Positions 41,183 to 51,379 are shown, numbered from the whole stretch's first letter. The stretch is DNA of 63,495 bases, filler included, from 5 parts of 5 records of this genome joined end to end with filler, not necessarily neighbours in it, one strand, 5' to 3'. Program-made: numbers and translations. Notes: generated by a model from the letters alone, not told the origin.

Positions 41183-41715
41183 AGGATCAACGGTCTTATT
41201 TCGAAAAGGCCGATTTTCAATCGGATTTGCCGCCTCAGCTTTTGACGGCGGTGCTTGGTTTGACCCTTGTTTTGCTGGAATTGGCGGTTGCACAATGGCC
41301 GATTTTCTACGGATCAGCGCCAAACCTGCCGTTAATTTTTATCTATTACATGATCATTTATCACGGCAAATATATGCCGATTTTCACGATATTTTTGATG
41401 GGAATCATTGGTGATTTTCTGTTGTCTGATCTTTTGGGTGGGCGGGCAACGTCTTTTATGTTGCTTGCCTATGTGATGCAGCTTCGGCTTTTGCGGCTAC
41501 AGCAAAGTGATTTTAGCCAGCTATGGGTTGATTTTGCGATGAGCTGTGCGGCGGTATCGCTGTTCCAGCTATTGCTGTTTTCAGCGGTGAATTTTGCCAT
41601 TCCGTCGCTTAGCCCGATCCTGTTTCAAGTTGGGGCAACGCTTATCCTGTTTCCGATTGGCTTTGTGCTGATTTTTTCCGTCCACCACTTGCTGCAAAAG
41701 GTAAAGATGGTCTGA
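41179..41715 (+). CDS. mreD: Rod shape protein MreD
   Basis: Hydrophobic 178 aa between mreC and mrdA; G...D.L....G pattern. Confidence 0.85.
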   Translation: MKDQRSYFEKADFQSDLPPQLLTAVLGLTLVLLELAVAQWPIFYGSAPNLPLIFIYYMIIYHGKYMPIFTIFLMGIIGDFLLSDLLGGRATSFMLLAYVMQLRLLRLQQSDFSQLWVDFAMSCAAVSLFQLLLFSAVNFAIPSLSPILFQVGATLILFPIGFVLIFSVHHLLQKVKMV

Positions 41716-43664
41716 TGTCCCGCGCCAAGACAAAAGATTTACGGCGTATCATGAGCCGCCGCGGGCTGCTTCTTGTTGGAGGCTCGGCCTTGCTCACCAG
41801 TTTTTTAGGGGCGCGGCTGTTCCAATTGCAGGTGGCGCAGAATAATCGATATCAGCGCCTATCTGACCGCAATCAATTCGATGTGCGGATTGTGGCGCCA
41901 ACAAGGGGCCGCCTTTTTGACCGGAAAATGCGACTTCTTGCCGGTAATGCCGAATCTTTCGAGCTTTATCTCACGCCGCTTTATGTTGATGATCTGCAAC
42001 AGACGCTTGCTGCGCTTGGGCAAGTTATCGAGCTGAGTGAAAGAGACATAAAGGCGGTATTGCATGCCGCAGGCAAAGGCCCGTCCTTTCGTGATATTAT
42101 CGTTCGTAATGATCTGTCGCAGCGCGAATTGGCACGGCTGGCGGTGCGAAGCCCGCTATTTGGCGGGGTCAGCTTTAGAAAATCGCTGCGGCGCATCTAT
42201 CCGCAGGGGTCGCTTGCGTGTCATATAACCGGCTATGTCTCGCCAGTGACGGCGCGTGAAATTGAACGTAATCAATCATTGGAAAAAACCCCCTATCTTG
42301 GCACTGGAAAGGTCGGCGTCGAACTTGCGCATGAAGATTATCTTCGTGGGCTGCCCGGACGAGAACGTATCGAGGTGAATGCAAAAGGTCAGCCTACCCG
42401 CGTGCTTCGTGATGTTGATGCTATGTCGGGAAAGGATTTACAGCTTTCGATTGATGTTGAGGTTCAGCTTCAGGCGGCTGAAATTTTGCGGCGTGGTCAG
42501 CTTGCGCCAGTCGAGCTAGGGTCACTGCAGGTGCAGCGCGCCTTGGCCAAAAACAGTGAGTTGCAGGCGCATATCGCGCTTGGTGATGACCTGGTTTTGC
42601 GGGATGCAAAAGATCGGCTTGTGCCACCAGAATCGGGGGCGGTTGTGATTATGGATATCCATAACGGCGAGGTCATATCACTTGTATCAGCACCAATGTT
42701 TGATCCGAACCTGTTTACCGGAACCTTGCTTACCCGTGATTGGCGACGCCTGAATTCACATCCGCGCACCCCTTTGCTGAACCGTGCGACGTCGGGTCAA
42801 TATGCCCCCGGATCAACCTTTAAGATGGTGGTGGGTCTGGCTGCACTTGAGGCAGGGGTTATCTCGAAAAACACCCAATTTAACTGTTCTGGCGATATGG
42901 AACTTGGTAATGCAACCTTTCATTGCTGGCAAAAGGGCGGGCATGGGATGATGAATATCATCTCGGCGCTTGCACAATCCTGTGATGTGTTCATTTATGA
43001 AGTCGCCTTGAAAACTGGAATTCGAAAAATCAAGGATATGGCGCATCGGCTTGGTCTTGGTGATGTAACGGGGATCGGCCTTCCCGGGGAAAAACAGGGC
43101 ATTATTCCAAGTCATGAATGGAAATTGGCCAATCAGGGCAGGGTGTGGACACCGGGGGAAACTGTTGTCTCATCAATTGGTCAGGGGTATGTGCTGGCAA
43201 CACCGCTGCAATTGGCGGTTATGACCGCACGCCTTGCCAATGGCAAACAGGCAGTCGCACCGCGACTGGTCAAATCAAATGGGGATGCAGTGCCTGATTT
43301 TGCGCCATTGGATATTGACCCTTATGCGTTGGCAATTATTCGCGAAGGCATGTTTGAAGTGATGAATGGCAGGTTTGGCACTGCACGCAATTATAATCTG
43401 GATAGATCACTTGGCGGCATGGCCGGGAAAACCGGAACCGTTCAGGTTAAGCGCATCACCAAAGCCCAGCGCGAAGTAGGGATTGTCAATAACATCGACC
43501 GGCCATGGGCCGAGCGTGACCACGCGCTTTTTGTTGCTTATGCGCCGGTAAAGCAGCCGCGCTATGCGATTTCGGTGGTGGTTGAACATGGTGGAAGCGG
43601 CTCATCAACCGCCGCACCAGTTGCCCGTGATATCCTTACCCAATTAATGCAGAAACAGGGCTAG
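41715..43664 (+). CDS. mrdA: Penicillin-binding protein 2
   Basis: PGSTFK, SCD and KTGT motifs; DHALFVAYAP. Confidence 0.95.
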   Translation: MSRAKTKDLRRIMSRRGLLLVGGSALLTSFLGARLFQLQVAQNNRYQRLSDRNQFDVRIVAPTRGRLFDRKMRLLAGNAESFELYLTPLYVDDLQQTLAALGQVIELSERDIKAVLHAAGKGPSFRDIIVRNDLSQRELARLAVRSPLFGGVSFRKSLRRIYPQGSLACHITGYVSPVTAREIERNQSLEKTPYLGTGKVGVELAHEDYLRGLPGRERIEVNAKGQPTRVLRDVDAMSGKDLQLSIDVEVQLQAAEILRRGQLAPVELGSLQVQRALAKNSELQAHIALGDDLVLRDAKDRLVPPESGAVVIMDIHNGEVISLVSAPMFDPNLFTGTLLTRDWRRLNSHPRTPLLNRATSGQYAPGSTFKMVVGLAALEAGVISKNTQFNCSGDMELGNATFHCWQKGGHGMMNIISALAQSCDVFIYEVALKTGIRKIKDMAHRLGLGDVTGIGLPGEKQGIIPSHEWKLANQGRVWTPGETVVSSIGQGYVLATPLQLAVMTARLANGKQAVAPRLVKSNGDAVPDFAPLDIDPYALAIIREGMFEVMNGRFGTARNYNLDRSLGGMAGKTGTVQVKRITKAQREVGIVNNIDRPWAERDHALFVAYAPVKQPRYAISVVVEHGGSGSSTAAPVARDILTQLMQKQG

Positions 43665-43666
43665 AT

Positions 43667-44755
43667 ATGACGGTTCTAAAAATCCTGCTTCGCATTCCTT
43701 GGCATTTGTTGTTCTTGGCTGGTATTTTGGTGCTTGTTGGCTCGCTGGCGCTTTATTCCGCATCGCAAGGGTCGTGGCAACCATGGGCTGGTAGACATGC
43801 AGTTCGCGCAATTGTGGGGATGGCGCTTGTTGTTTGTATTGCCTTTATTGATTTCAGTTTTATCAAACGTATGTCCTATGTGTTTCTGGCAGCGGCAATA
43901 TTGGTTTTGCTGGCGGTTATGGTTGTCGGTACGGGACAGGGTGTTTCGCGCTGGATCAGCATTGGCGGGATGAATTTCCAACCATCCGAGCCAGCCAAGC
44001 TGGCGGTTATTCTGGCATTGGCGCGCTATTTCAGCAGCCAGCCACATGACCGGATGCGCAGCTTGGTGTGGTATTTTCCAGCCTTTGCCATTATCGCCGT
44101 ACCATTTGCGATGATTGTGAAACAGCCCGATCTTGGAACGGCGTTGATGCTGTTGTTTGGTGGTCTGGTTGTGGTGTTTTCGGCCGGTCTACCATGGCGA
44201 TATGTATTTGGCTCGTTGGCGGCGGTGTTGGCGGCGGTTCCGCTATTATGGTTACATCTCAAAGCCTATCAAAAGGCGCGCGTGATGACTTTTTTAAACC
44301 CCGAATCTGATGTTTTGGGCGCGGGCTATCAGATCGCACAATCGAAAATTGCCCTTGGGTCGGGTGGGTTTTTTGGCAAAGGGTTTCTGATGGGAAGTCA
44401 AAGCCAGCTAAATTATCTTCCCGAAAAGCAAACCGACTTTGTTTTCACCATGATTGGTGAAGAATTTGGCTTTGCTGGTAATATCTTTATCTTGCTGATT
44501 TATCTATTGATAACCATCGCAATTTTGCGGATTAGTTTTCGCGTGAATAGCCGGTTTGCCCAGCTTACCTGTATCGGCATCGGCATGATGGTGTTCTTCT
44601 ATATGTTCGTGAATGTGGCGATGGTGACTGGTTTGCTTCCCGTTGTTGGTGCGCCATTGCCGCTGATTTCTTATGGCGGCACGTCAATGCTAACCGTTTT
44701 CATTGGCTTTGGTATTGTTGCCAGTGCCATTGTTCACGACCGGCGGCAAAGCTAG
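43667..44755 (+). CDS. rodA: Rod shape-determining SEDS protein RodA
   Basis: FQPSE.AK, QPDLGT, LPEKQTDF, PLISYGG. Confidence 0.95.
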   Translation: MTVLKILLRIPWHLLFLAGILVLVGSLALYSASQGSWQPWAGRHAVRAIVGMALVVCIAFIDFSFIKRMSYVFLAAAILVLLAVMVVGTGQGVSRWISIGGMNFQPSEPAKLAVILALARYFSSQPHDRMRSLVWYFPAFAIIAVPFAMIVKQPDLGTALMLLFGGLVVVFSAGLPWRYVFGSLAAVLAAVPLLWLHLKAYQKARVMTFLNPESDVLGAGYQIAQSKIALGSGGFFGKGFLMGSQSQLNYLPEKQTDFVFTMIGEEFGFAGNIFILLIYLLITIAILRISFRVNSRFAQLTCIGIGMMVFFYMFVNVAMVTGLLPVVGAPLPLISYGGTSMLTVFIGFGIVASAIVHDRRQS

Positions 44756-44884
44756 GCAAATCGCGGGCGATCGTCATTAACCGCGCATTTATTTTGAATT
44801 AGGTGTATTGAGTATAATCTTGGCCAGTCGATATTACAATAGTCGTTGTTGGCATGCCATCTGTTCAGATTACGAGGAATTGAA

Positions 44885-45892
44885 ATGTTTTCGTCTTTTT
44901 TTAGATCACGGCAATGGGCGCTTTGGGCTTGGCTTGGTATGGTGGTTATTGTTGGCGGTACCTATTATCAGGTGCAAGTCGATGTGATGATCAATGAATG
45001 GTTTGGCCAGTTCTATGATATGGTTCAAAAAGCGTTAACAACGCCAAATGCAGTAACGCAAGCCGAGTTTTTCGGGGCTTTGCTCAGCTTTTTCAAGATC
45101 GCTGGCATTTATGTTGTTATTGCAACGCTGCTAAGCTTTTTCTCAAAACATTGGGTGTTTCGCTGGCGGACGGCGATGAACGATTATTACACCCGCAACT
45201 GGAAGAAGCTTCATCATATCGAAGGCGCGTCACAGCGGGTACAAGAAGATACAAAACGTTTTGCGGCGATTATGGAAGGGCTTGGCGTTGCGTTTCTTGA
45301 CTCAGTTATGACGCTTTTTGCCTTTTTGCCGATCCTATGGAGCCTGTCCAAAAATGTGACCGAACTGCCGTTTTTTGGCGCTGTCGAACATTCACTGGTT
45401 TATGTGGCAATTGTTTTTGCACTTTTCGGTACGGTTGTTCTTGCCGTTGTTGGTTACAAACTGCCGGGTCTGGAATTTAACAATCAGGTGGTCGAGGCGG
45501 CCTATCGCAAACAATTGGTTTATGGTGAAGATAATGTAGACCGGATCAACCCGCCAACGGTGAATGAGTTTTTTGGGAATGTGCGGAAAAACTATTACCG
45601 CCTGTTTTTCCATTATCTTTATTTTGATGTTGCTAAGATATCCTATTTGCAGGCTGGTGTGCTTGTTCCTTATGTTGCCTTGGCGCCAACAATTGTGGCT
45701 GGCGCGATCACCCTTGGCGTGATGCAACAGATTGTGCGGGCATTCGGACGGGTTGAGTCATCCTTGCAATTTCTGGTTCGCAGCTGGTCAACAATTGTCG
45801 AGTTGATTTCGATTTACAAGCGCCTTCGGTCGTTCGAGGCAGTTCTTGAAGGCAAAGATGTGCCGCATTGGGAAGGTCAAAAAATCGACTAG
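44885..45892 (+). CDS. SbmA/BacA-like peptide transporter
   Basis: INEW..QFYD, RWRTAM, IEGASQRVQEDT, EAAYRK.LV; start reassigned to ATG 44885. Confidence 0.85.
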   Translation: MFSSFFRSRQWALWAWLGMVVIVGGTYYQVQVDVMINEWFGQFYDMVQKALTTPNAVTQAEFFGALLSFFKIAGIYVVIATLLSFFSKHWVFRWRTAMNDYYTRNWKKLHHIEGASQRVQEDTKRFAAIMEGLGVAFLDSVMTLFAFLPILWSLSKNVTELPFFGAVEHSLVYVAIVFALFGTVVLAVVGYKLPGLEFNNQVVEAAYRKQLVYGEDNVDRINPPTVNEFFGNVRKNYYRLFFHYLYFDVAKISYLQAGVLVPYVALAPTIVAGAITLGVMQQIVRAFGRVESSLQFLVRSWSTIVELISIYKRLRSFEAVLEGKDVPHWEGQKID

Positions 45893-45955
45893 CCATAACC
45901 TCTGACGATAAAGCGGTGTGTTTTGCCGATGGCGGAACGCACCGTTTTATATGGG

Positions 45956-46495
45956 TTAGGCGGTAATCAGCTTACTTGTCGCATGGCCATCAAGTGTCGA
46001 GATGATCAGCACCTGTCCACCGCGTGCTGCCACAATATCCGCGCCAACAACCTGATCGGCGGTATAATCGCCGCCTTTTACGATGATATCAGGCTGCAAG
46101 GTTGCAATAAGGTCAAAGGGTGTGTCCTCGTCAAATACCGCTACAGCATCGACAAAGGGCAGTGCAGCCAGAACAGCGCTCCGCAGCTTGGCTAATTGAT
46201 GTGGGCGTCCAGCGCCCTTTAAACGCCTTACAGAGGCATCTCCATTTAAGCCGATAACCAGCTTGTCAGCATTTTGTGCCGCCTCACTCAAAAGATGGAT
46301 ATGCCCCGGATGCAGCAAATCAAAACAACCATTGGCAAAAGCGATTGTTTGACCAGCATCGCGCCATTTGGTGCATTGCATGGCAATGCTTGGCCAATCG
46401 GTTTGCGGCGGCGTGCCTGCCAAATGCGCCAAAATTTCACCTGGTGCAACAATGGCGGTTCCCGATTTGCCAACGGCAACACCGGCAGCGTGATT
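45956..46495 (-). CDS. hldE: Bifunctional heptose kinase/adenylyltransferase, 5'-truncated
   Basis: Frame is open to the gap with PfkB tail NHAAGVAVGKSGTA, followed by NGCFDLLHPGH and KGGDY. Confidence 0.9.
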   Translation of the reverse strand, partial: NHAAGVAVGKSGTAIVAPGEILAHLAGTPPQTDWPSIAMQCTKWRDAGQTIAFANGCFDLLHPGHIHLLSEAAQNADKLVIGLNGDASVRRLKGAGRPHQLAKLRSAVLAALPFVDAVAVFDEDTPFDLIATLQPDIIVKGGDYTADQVVGADIVAARGGQVLIISTLDGHATSKLITA

Positions 46496-46595
46496 NNNNN
46501 NNNNNNNNNNNNNNNNNNNNNNNNNNNNNNNNNNNNNNNTTAATTAATTAANNNNNNNNNNNNNNNNNNNNNNNNNNNNNNNNNNNNNNNNNNNN
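46496..46595. other. Artificial contig spacer
   Basis: N-runs with TTAATTAATTAA. Confidence 0.98.
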
Positions 46596-46661
46596 GAGCA
46601 GGCAAGCGTAGGTGGGTGAGCAGGCGTACGGCGCGGATATGGATCGCGACAACACACGTAC

Positions 46662-47767
46662 TTGATAAGGCAGACGACACCAATCGCTGGAAAGATGATG
46701 CTCGTCTTGTACGCAAACACGTCGGCAATATGCCCAGTGTAGCTGGCCAAGCTCGAAAACACCTCTTTCAAACACAGCTTTATAGCACTCCCGTCCTTCA
46801 CGAGACGCCAGAAAAGCACGCCCCAGAGCAGGCCCAGCAGACCGGTGGCCAAGTTGAGCAGCCTGAACGTCGAAGCTCCTAGCCTGTTCCGCTGCGACGC
46901 GTCCAGCAGCGTCGAGAAGGCCGAATACACCATGAAACCCGCACCAGACAGGAATAAAATGAACTCATGGCCCAGTATGCCAGCGGGCACCGTGATCCAC
47001 GACAAGTTCGACAGCTGCGACCCAAGGAAACCCGAGGGGTTCGCAAATTGCAACCAGACCGCAAAGATTGCCAGCGCCGAGAACAGCTGGCCGACGCCAT
47101 ACACGTTCTGGGTGACACTGCGCCCCGGGGTCCAAGCCACAAACTCCACGTGCTGCCCGTGGGCACAAACGAACTGCGTGATAATGGTGGCGCAGAACAA
47201 CCCCGCGTACACATTTGCATACACCGTGGCCAGCTGACATTTGGTGAAGGCAACCACCGCCATGGACACAAACGACCAGGCACCCAGCCCAAACGCCAGC
47301 CTTTGGTATGTCGTTGAGTCCAACCTGCTATTCTCCGCCGCGCCGTGAAGAGCGTGCGCAAATACAGATGCGTACACATGCATTCCACCCAACATCGCCA
47401 TCAGCGAAGTCACCAGAGAGTTGCCAGCCGACGCTGAGTAGACCGTTTGGATGACCGCCTCGGGCCGCAGCAGCATGTACAGACCCAGAGCCGCGTGCGT
47501 CACCGCCAAGACTTGGAAGCATGTCGGCGCCGGATCGATTGGATTTGCCTCCGGGTCGTCATACGATGATAACGAGCCCGAGATGAGTGTCATGTTGACC
47601 GATGGGCGGCTCGATGTGGCCCCGCAGGACTTGACCGCGTCATTGCGACGCAACAACCACGGCCGCCTCGCCGTCAGAGGGCTTCCTGAAGTGCCTCGAG
47701 ACGCCCGGAAAGACGCCCGGAAAGACGCCGTCGGGATGCGGGAAGTCGAAGAGCGTCCAATGACCAT
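46662..47767 (-). CDS. Eukaryotic multi-pass membrane protein with probable plastid transit peptide (first exon, 3' end lost in gap)
   Basis: S/R/A-rich N-terminus, about 8 hydrophobic segments, GTACGT donor at 46661. Confidence 0.65.
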
Positions 47768-47959
47768 CTGTACGGTGTCGGAGCAATGTCAGCGACATCC
47801 ACGACAGCGAGATGACACGCGCGATGCCACGAGACTATATGAACGTACTCCGCTAGACCGTATCCGCACTTGGGTTGCCAGGGATGAAACAGAAACAGCA
47901 AAAAACGGGCGCGAAGTTCGCGGTCTCGGTTTCAAAAGGAAGGAATCACGCACCCTACG

Positions 47960-49216
47960 ATGACACACGCGCGCAGACGACTCGCTGCGTATTTGTGCAG
48001 GCAACTCACGTCGACGACGTGCGGCGCGACGCGAAATCTCGCCACCAAGGCGGGGGGGCTTCCCTCTGTGGCTTCCAAAGCATCATCATCCGTCCTGGCT
48101 GCCAGGTCACCCAGCGGGACGCAGTCACTCGCCTCCCTGGCCCGGTTGGCGCGCAGCTTTGGGTCGACGCACGTTCCGCGTGAAATCCATAGCGATGATG
48201 ACTTCGACGACGATGACGCGTATAGGCTTGCGCTCGGCAATGGCATCCTGTACCCGCCACAGGAGCTCAAGGTGGGAGAGCCGGCGCCTGATTTCTCGCT
48301 ACCAGGGGTTCTTCAGAACAAAGACACAACGCTTGATCTGTACGGAGATTTGCTTGACGGCGAATCCTACGTGCTGCTCTTCTGGTACCCGAAGGACTTT
48401 ACGTACGTGTGCCCCACGGAGATTATTGCGTTCAACGACCGGTTGCACGAGTTTGAGGCCCTTGGATGCAAGGTGGTCGCGGCTTCCACGGATACTCCCG
48501 AGGTGCACCGTGCCTGGTGTAAGACGGCGCGGACGGCCGGGGGACTCGGCGCGATGGACATTCCGATTCTGTCCGACGTGACCAAGTCAGTCGCTGCGAG
48601 ATACGGGGTGCTGAACGAGGAGCAGGGGATCGCGTACCGCGGGTTATTTGTCATGACACCGGACGGTATTGTACAGCATGCCACGGTCAACGATTTTCCC
48701 ATCGGAAGGAGCGTCGACGAGGCTCTGCGGGTGGTGCAGGCGATGCGGCACTTTGCCGAGCACGGAGAGGTGTGCCCGGCGGGATGGAAGCCGGGCGACA
48801 AGGCGATGATTGCTGATGCCGAGAAAAGCCAGGAGTACTTCCAGGAGACGTATTCAGGGTCGGACGCGGCGGGCGAGAAGACGATTCCTGAGCTGACCGA
48901 TCCCAAGGAATACCAAGCGCTCGTCTCGTCGGGTGACAAGGTGCTGGTCAAGTTCTGGGCGCCTTGGTGCGGGAAATGTTCGCAAGTGGCCCCGTTCGTG
49001 GAGGAAATGAAGGACAAGTACAACGAGAGCGTGCAATTTGCCGCTGTGGACACAACGCACGAGTTGATGGAGGAATTCGTGGAGAAGGAGCTCGGGGTCA
49101 AGGGATTGCCGGCGTTTAGGTTTTTCTCCGGGGGCGCCGAGGTGAAAGAGCTGAGACTGATGGGGTACAAGAAACAGGCACTCGACACGCATTTGGACAA
49201 GTTGAGCTCCAGTTGA
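47960..49216 (+). CDS. 2-Cys peroxiredoxin (Prx1/AhpC) fused to a thioredoxin domain, organelle-targeted
   Basis: PKDFTYVCPTE, GGLG, GEVCPAGW, EYF, then KFWAPWCGKC and GLP; R/S/A-rich presequence. Confidence 0.9.
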   Translation: MTHARRRLAAYLCRQLTSTTCGATRNLATKAGGLPSVASKASSSVLAARSPSGTQSLASLARLARSFGSTHVPREIHSDDDFDDDDAYRLALGNGILYPPQELKVGEPAPDFSLPGVLQNKDTTLDLYGDLLDGESYVLLFWYPKDFTYVCPTEIIAFNDRLHEFEALGCKVVAASTDTPEVHRAWCKTARTAGGLGAMDIPILSDVTKSVAARYGVLNEEQGIAYRGLFVMTPDGIVQHATVNDFPIGRSVDEALRVVQAMRHFAEHGEVCPAGWKPGDKAMIADAEKSQEYFQETYSGSDAAGEKTIPELTDPKEYQALVSSGDKVLVKFWAPWCGKCSQVAPFVEEMKDKYNESVQFAAVDTTHELMEEFVEKELGVKGLPAFRFFSGGAEVKELRLMGYKKQALDTHLDKLSSS

Positions 49217-49258
49217 GTCACGTAACGCTACCCGTTACCGCATGTAGTTCACACGCAT

Positions 49259-50638
49259 TCACCTGATGGCCTTGGCGGCCTTCTCCGCGGCATCGTCAAG
49301 GTCATTCGCCGCGATTATCTCGATGCCCGAGTCGGCGAGCAGCTTCTTCGCTTCGTTGACCTTTGTTCCTTCCAGTCTGACGACGATGGGCACCTTGACG
49401 TTCACACGCTTGGCGGCTGCAATGATCCCCGAGGCCACCACGTCGCACCGCATGATGCCTCCAAAAATGTTCACTAGGATGGCTTTGACCTTCTCGTCCT
49501 TGGACAGGATGGAAAAGGCGGCAACAATCTGGTCTTCAGACGCGTTGCCACCCACGTCACAAAAGTTGGCGGGCGAGGCCCCCTTGGCCTGGATGATGTC
49601 CATGGTCGCCATGGCCAGGCCCGCGCCTGGTGTTGCAGAAAGAGGTCGGACGAATGAGTAGGAGAGAGTGGGCGAGAGGAAGAGCTGGAAGAGCTGGAAG
49701 AGCTGGAAACCATGGGAGGTTCGTGACAGACGCGGTGCGCCGCAGCAGGGCCACGTACCGTTCACGAGACAGCCGATCGAGCCGTCCAGCGCAATAAAGT
49801 TTAAATCAGCGGCAGCCGCTGCAGCCTCCCTCGGATCCTGCTGCGACTCGTCCGCCATGGCGAACAGATCCCGCTGGCGGAACTCGGCCGAATCGTCGAA
49901 ACCGAGCTTGGCGTCGGCTGCCAGCAATCCGTCGTCCGTCTCAGCCAGCGGGTTGACCTCCAGCATGGTTGCATCCGTCGCCACAAACAGTTTGTACAAA
50001 CGCTTGATCTGCTCAGCTGCAGCTTTCTTGTCAGTTGTCACCTCCAACCCCTCCACGGCCTTCATCGCGTCCTCGTCTCGGATACCTGCGCGAATGTCCA
50101 CGGGAATTCGGATGATCTTCTCAGGAGACGTTGCCGCAAGGTCCTCAATTGATGTGCCCCCCTCTGCGCATGCAATCATCATCGGGCCTGCCGTCTTCCG
50201 GTCCAAGACGATCGAAAAGTACGTCTCCCGTTTCAGATTCATCTTCTCTGCGATCAACAACGTGTTCACCGGCCGCCCAGTGGGCCCCGTCTGCTTCGTT
50301 ACCAGGGTGCCCCCGAGCATCTTCCCCGCCACCTCCACGGCCTTGTCCTTCGGCACCAGATGCACGCCGCCCTGGAACCCGCTCTTGAAAGTCCCGAGAC
50401 CCCTTCCTCCGGCGAGAATCTGCGACTTCACGACCACCTCGTCCCCGGCCAGCTGGCTCGTTGCCGCGGCTACTTGGTCCAGGCTTGTGACCGGGATCCC
50501 GCGCGGAACGTTGATGCCATACGAGGCCATCAGCTCCGCCCCTTGGTACTCGTGAATATTAAGGAAGCGCTTTTGTTCGCTCTGCCATGCCGGTGAGCGC
50601 CCCAGCAAGCCCACAAGACTGCGAAGTTGGCGACTCAT
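49259..50638 (-). CDS. Succinyl-CoA ligase beta subunit, mitochondrial (2 exons: 50638-49759, 49626-49259)
   Basis: LNIHEYQG, QILAGGRG.G; splicing restores VNGAGLAMATMD; NIFGGIMRCD. Confidence 0.92.
   Translation of the reverse strand: MSRQLRSLVGLLGRSPAWQSEQKRFLNIHEYQGAELMASYGINVPRGIPVTSLDQVAAATSQLAGDEVVVKSQILAGGRGLGTFKSGFQGGVHLVPKDKAVEVAGKMLGGTLVTKQTGPTGRPVNTLLIAEKMNLKRETYFSIVLDRKTAGPMMIACAEGGTSIEDLAATSPEKIIRIPVDIRAGIRDEDAMKAVEGLEVTTDKKAAAEQIKRLYKLFVATDATMLEVNPLAETDDGLLAADAKLGFDDSAEFRQRDLFAMADESQQDPREAAAAAADLNFIALDGSIGCLVNGTWPCCGAPRLSRTSHGFQLFQLFQLFLSPTLSYSFVRPLSATPGAGLAMATMDIIQAKGASPANFCDVGGNASEDQIVAAFSILSKDEKVKAILVNIFGGIMRCDVVASGIIAAAKRVNVKVPIVVRLEGTKVNEAKKLLADSGIEIIAANDLDDAAEKAAKAIR
49627..49758 (-). 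other. Spliceosomal intron (132 nt, in frame, no stop)
   Basis: GTACGT...CAG; removal restores the conserved NGAGLAM. Confidence 0.92.
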
Positions 50639-50902
50639 GATTGATGATGATGAGAGACTGAAGTGAAACACAAGCTCTGGGTTGCACGTCTCCGGGCGGG
50701 TGTCGGTGGGTGCTTCCTCCTGGTATAGGTATCGGCAATGAGTTTGGAAGACGGCGGAAAGAGGAGAGGAACTTTCGGTCGTCGCTTCGGTTCGTCGGAA
50801 AAAAAAATCAATTTTTCTCTGCTTTACCCCGCTTCTGCGGGAGCATGCGGCGACTCAAACGAGCTTGAGCAACCTTTGGGCCCATAGAGAAGCGTACGGC
50901 AC

Positions 50903-51316
50903 ATGCGAGGCGCCGTGACGGACGCCTCCGCCGAGGCGCTGGTTCAGTGGTTCGGCCCCAGGGACGACTCGAGCCGGCCGCCCAGAGTTCCTTGTCGCCA
51001 ACCGGATGGCTCGTACAAACTCTGCTATCCAAATACATCGGATAAAGTCCGGATACAGCGCGCGTGCGAGACGAAGGTACTCGTCAACTGTCGTGCGGGC
51101 GCCCGACAGGCGTGCTCGATCAGGGCACTTCGCGAGGCAAGACGGGAGATCCTCTTCGCGCGCGTGGTGTCATTCTTCAGAGGGAAATCTTCCGAGCTAG
51201 ATGGTATGTGCCAAGGTTCGGAGGATGCTCAGGAGCGCGTGATGACCGCCTGTCTAGCACAGGCTGAGGAGCGGTGCCAGCAGCACTGTGAAGGGTTTTG
51301 TGCCAAATTCCATTGA
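50903..51316 (+). CDS. Cys-rich hypothetical protein
   Basis: 137-aa ORF with regularly spaced Cys (ACETK...CRAGARQACSI...CLAQAEERC); fills the gap between flanking genes. Confidence 0.6.
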   Translation: MRGAVTDASAEALVQWFGPRDDSSRPPRVPCRQPDGSYKLCYPNTSDKVRIQRACETKVLVNCRAGARQACSIRALREARREILFARVVSFFRGKSSELDGMCQGSEDAQERVMTACLAQAEERCQQHCEGFCAKFH

Positions 51317-51379
51317 TTGCGCTGATAATACTGATTTAATGTTCAATCTGAAGACTTTTGCTGCTTACATGTCACGATT

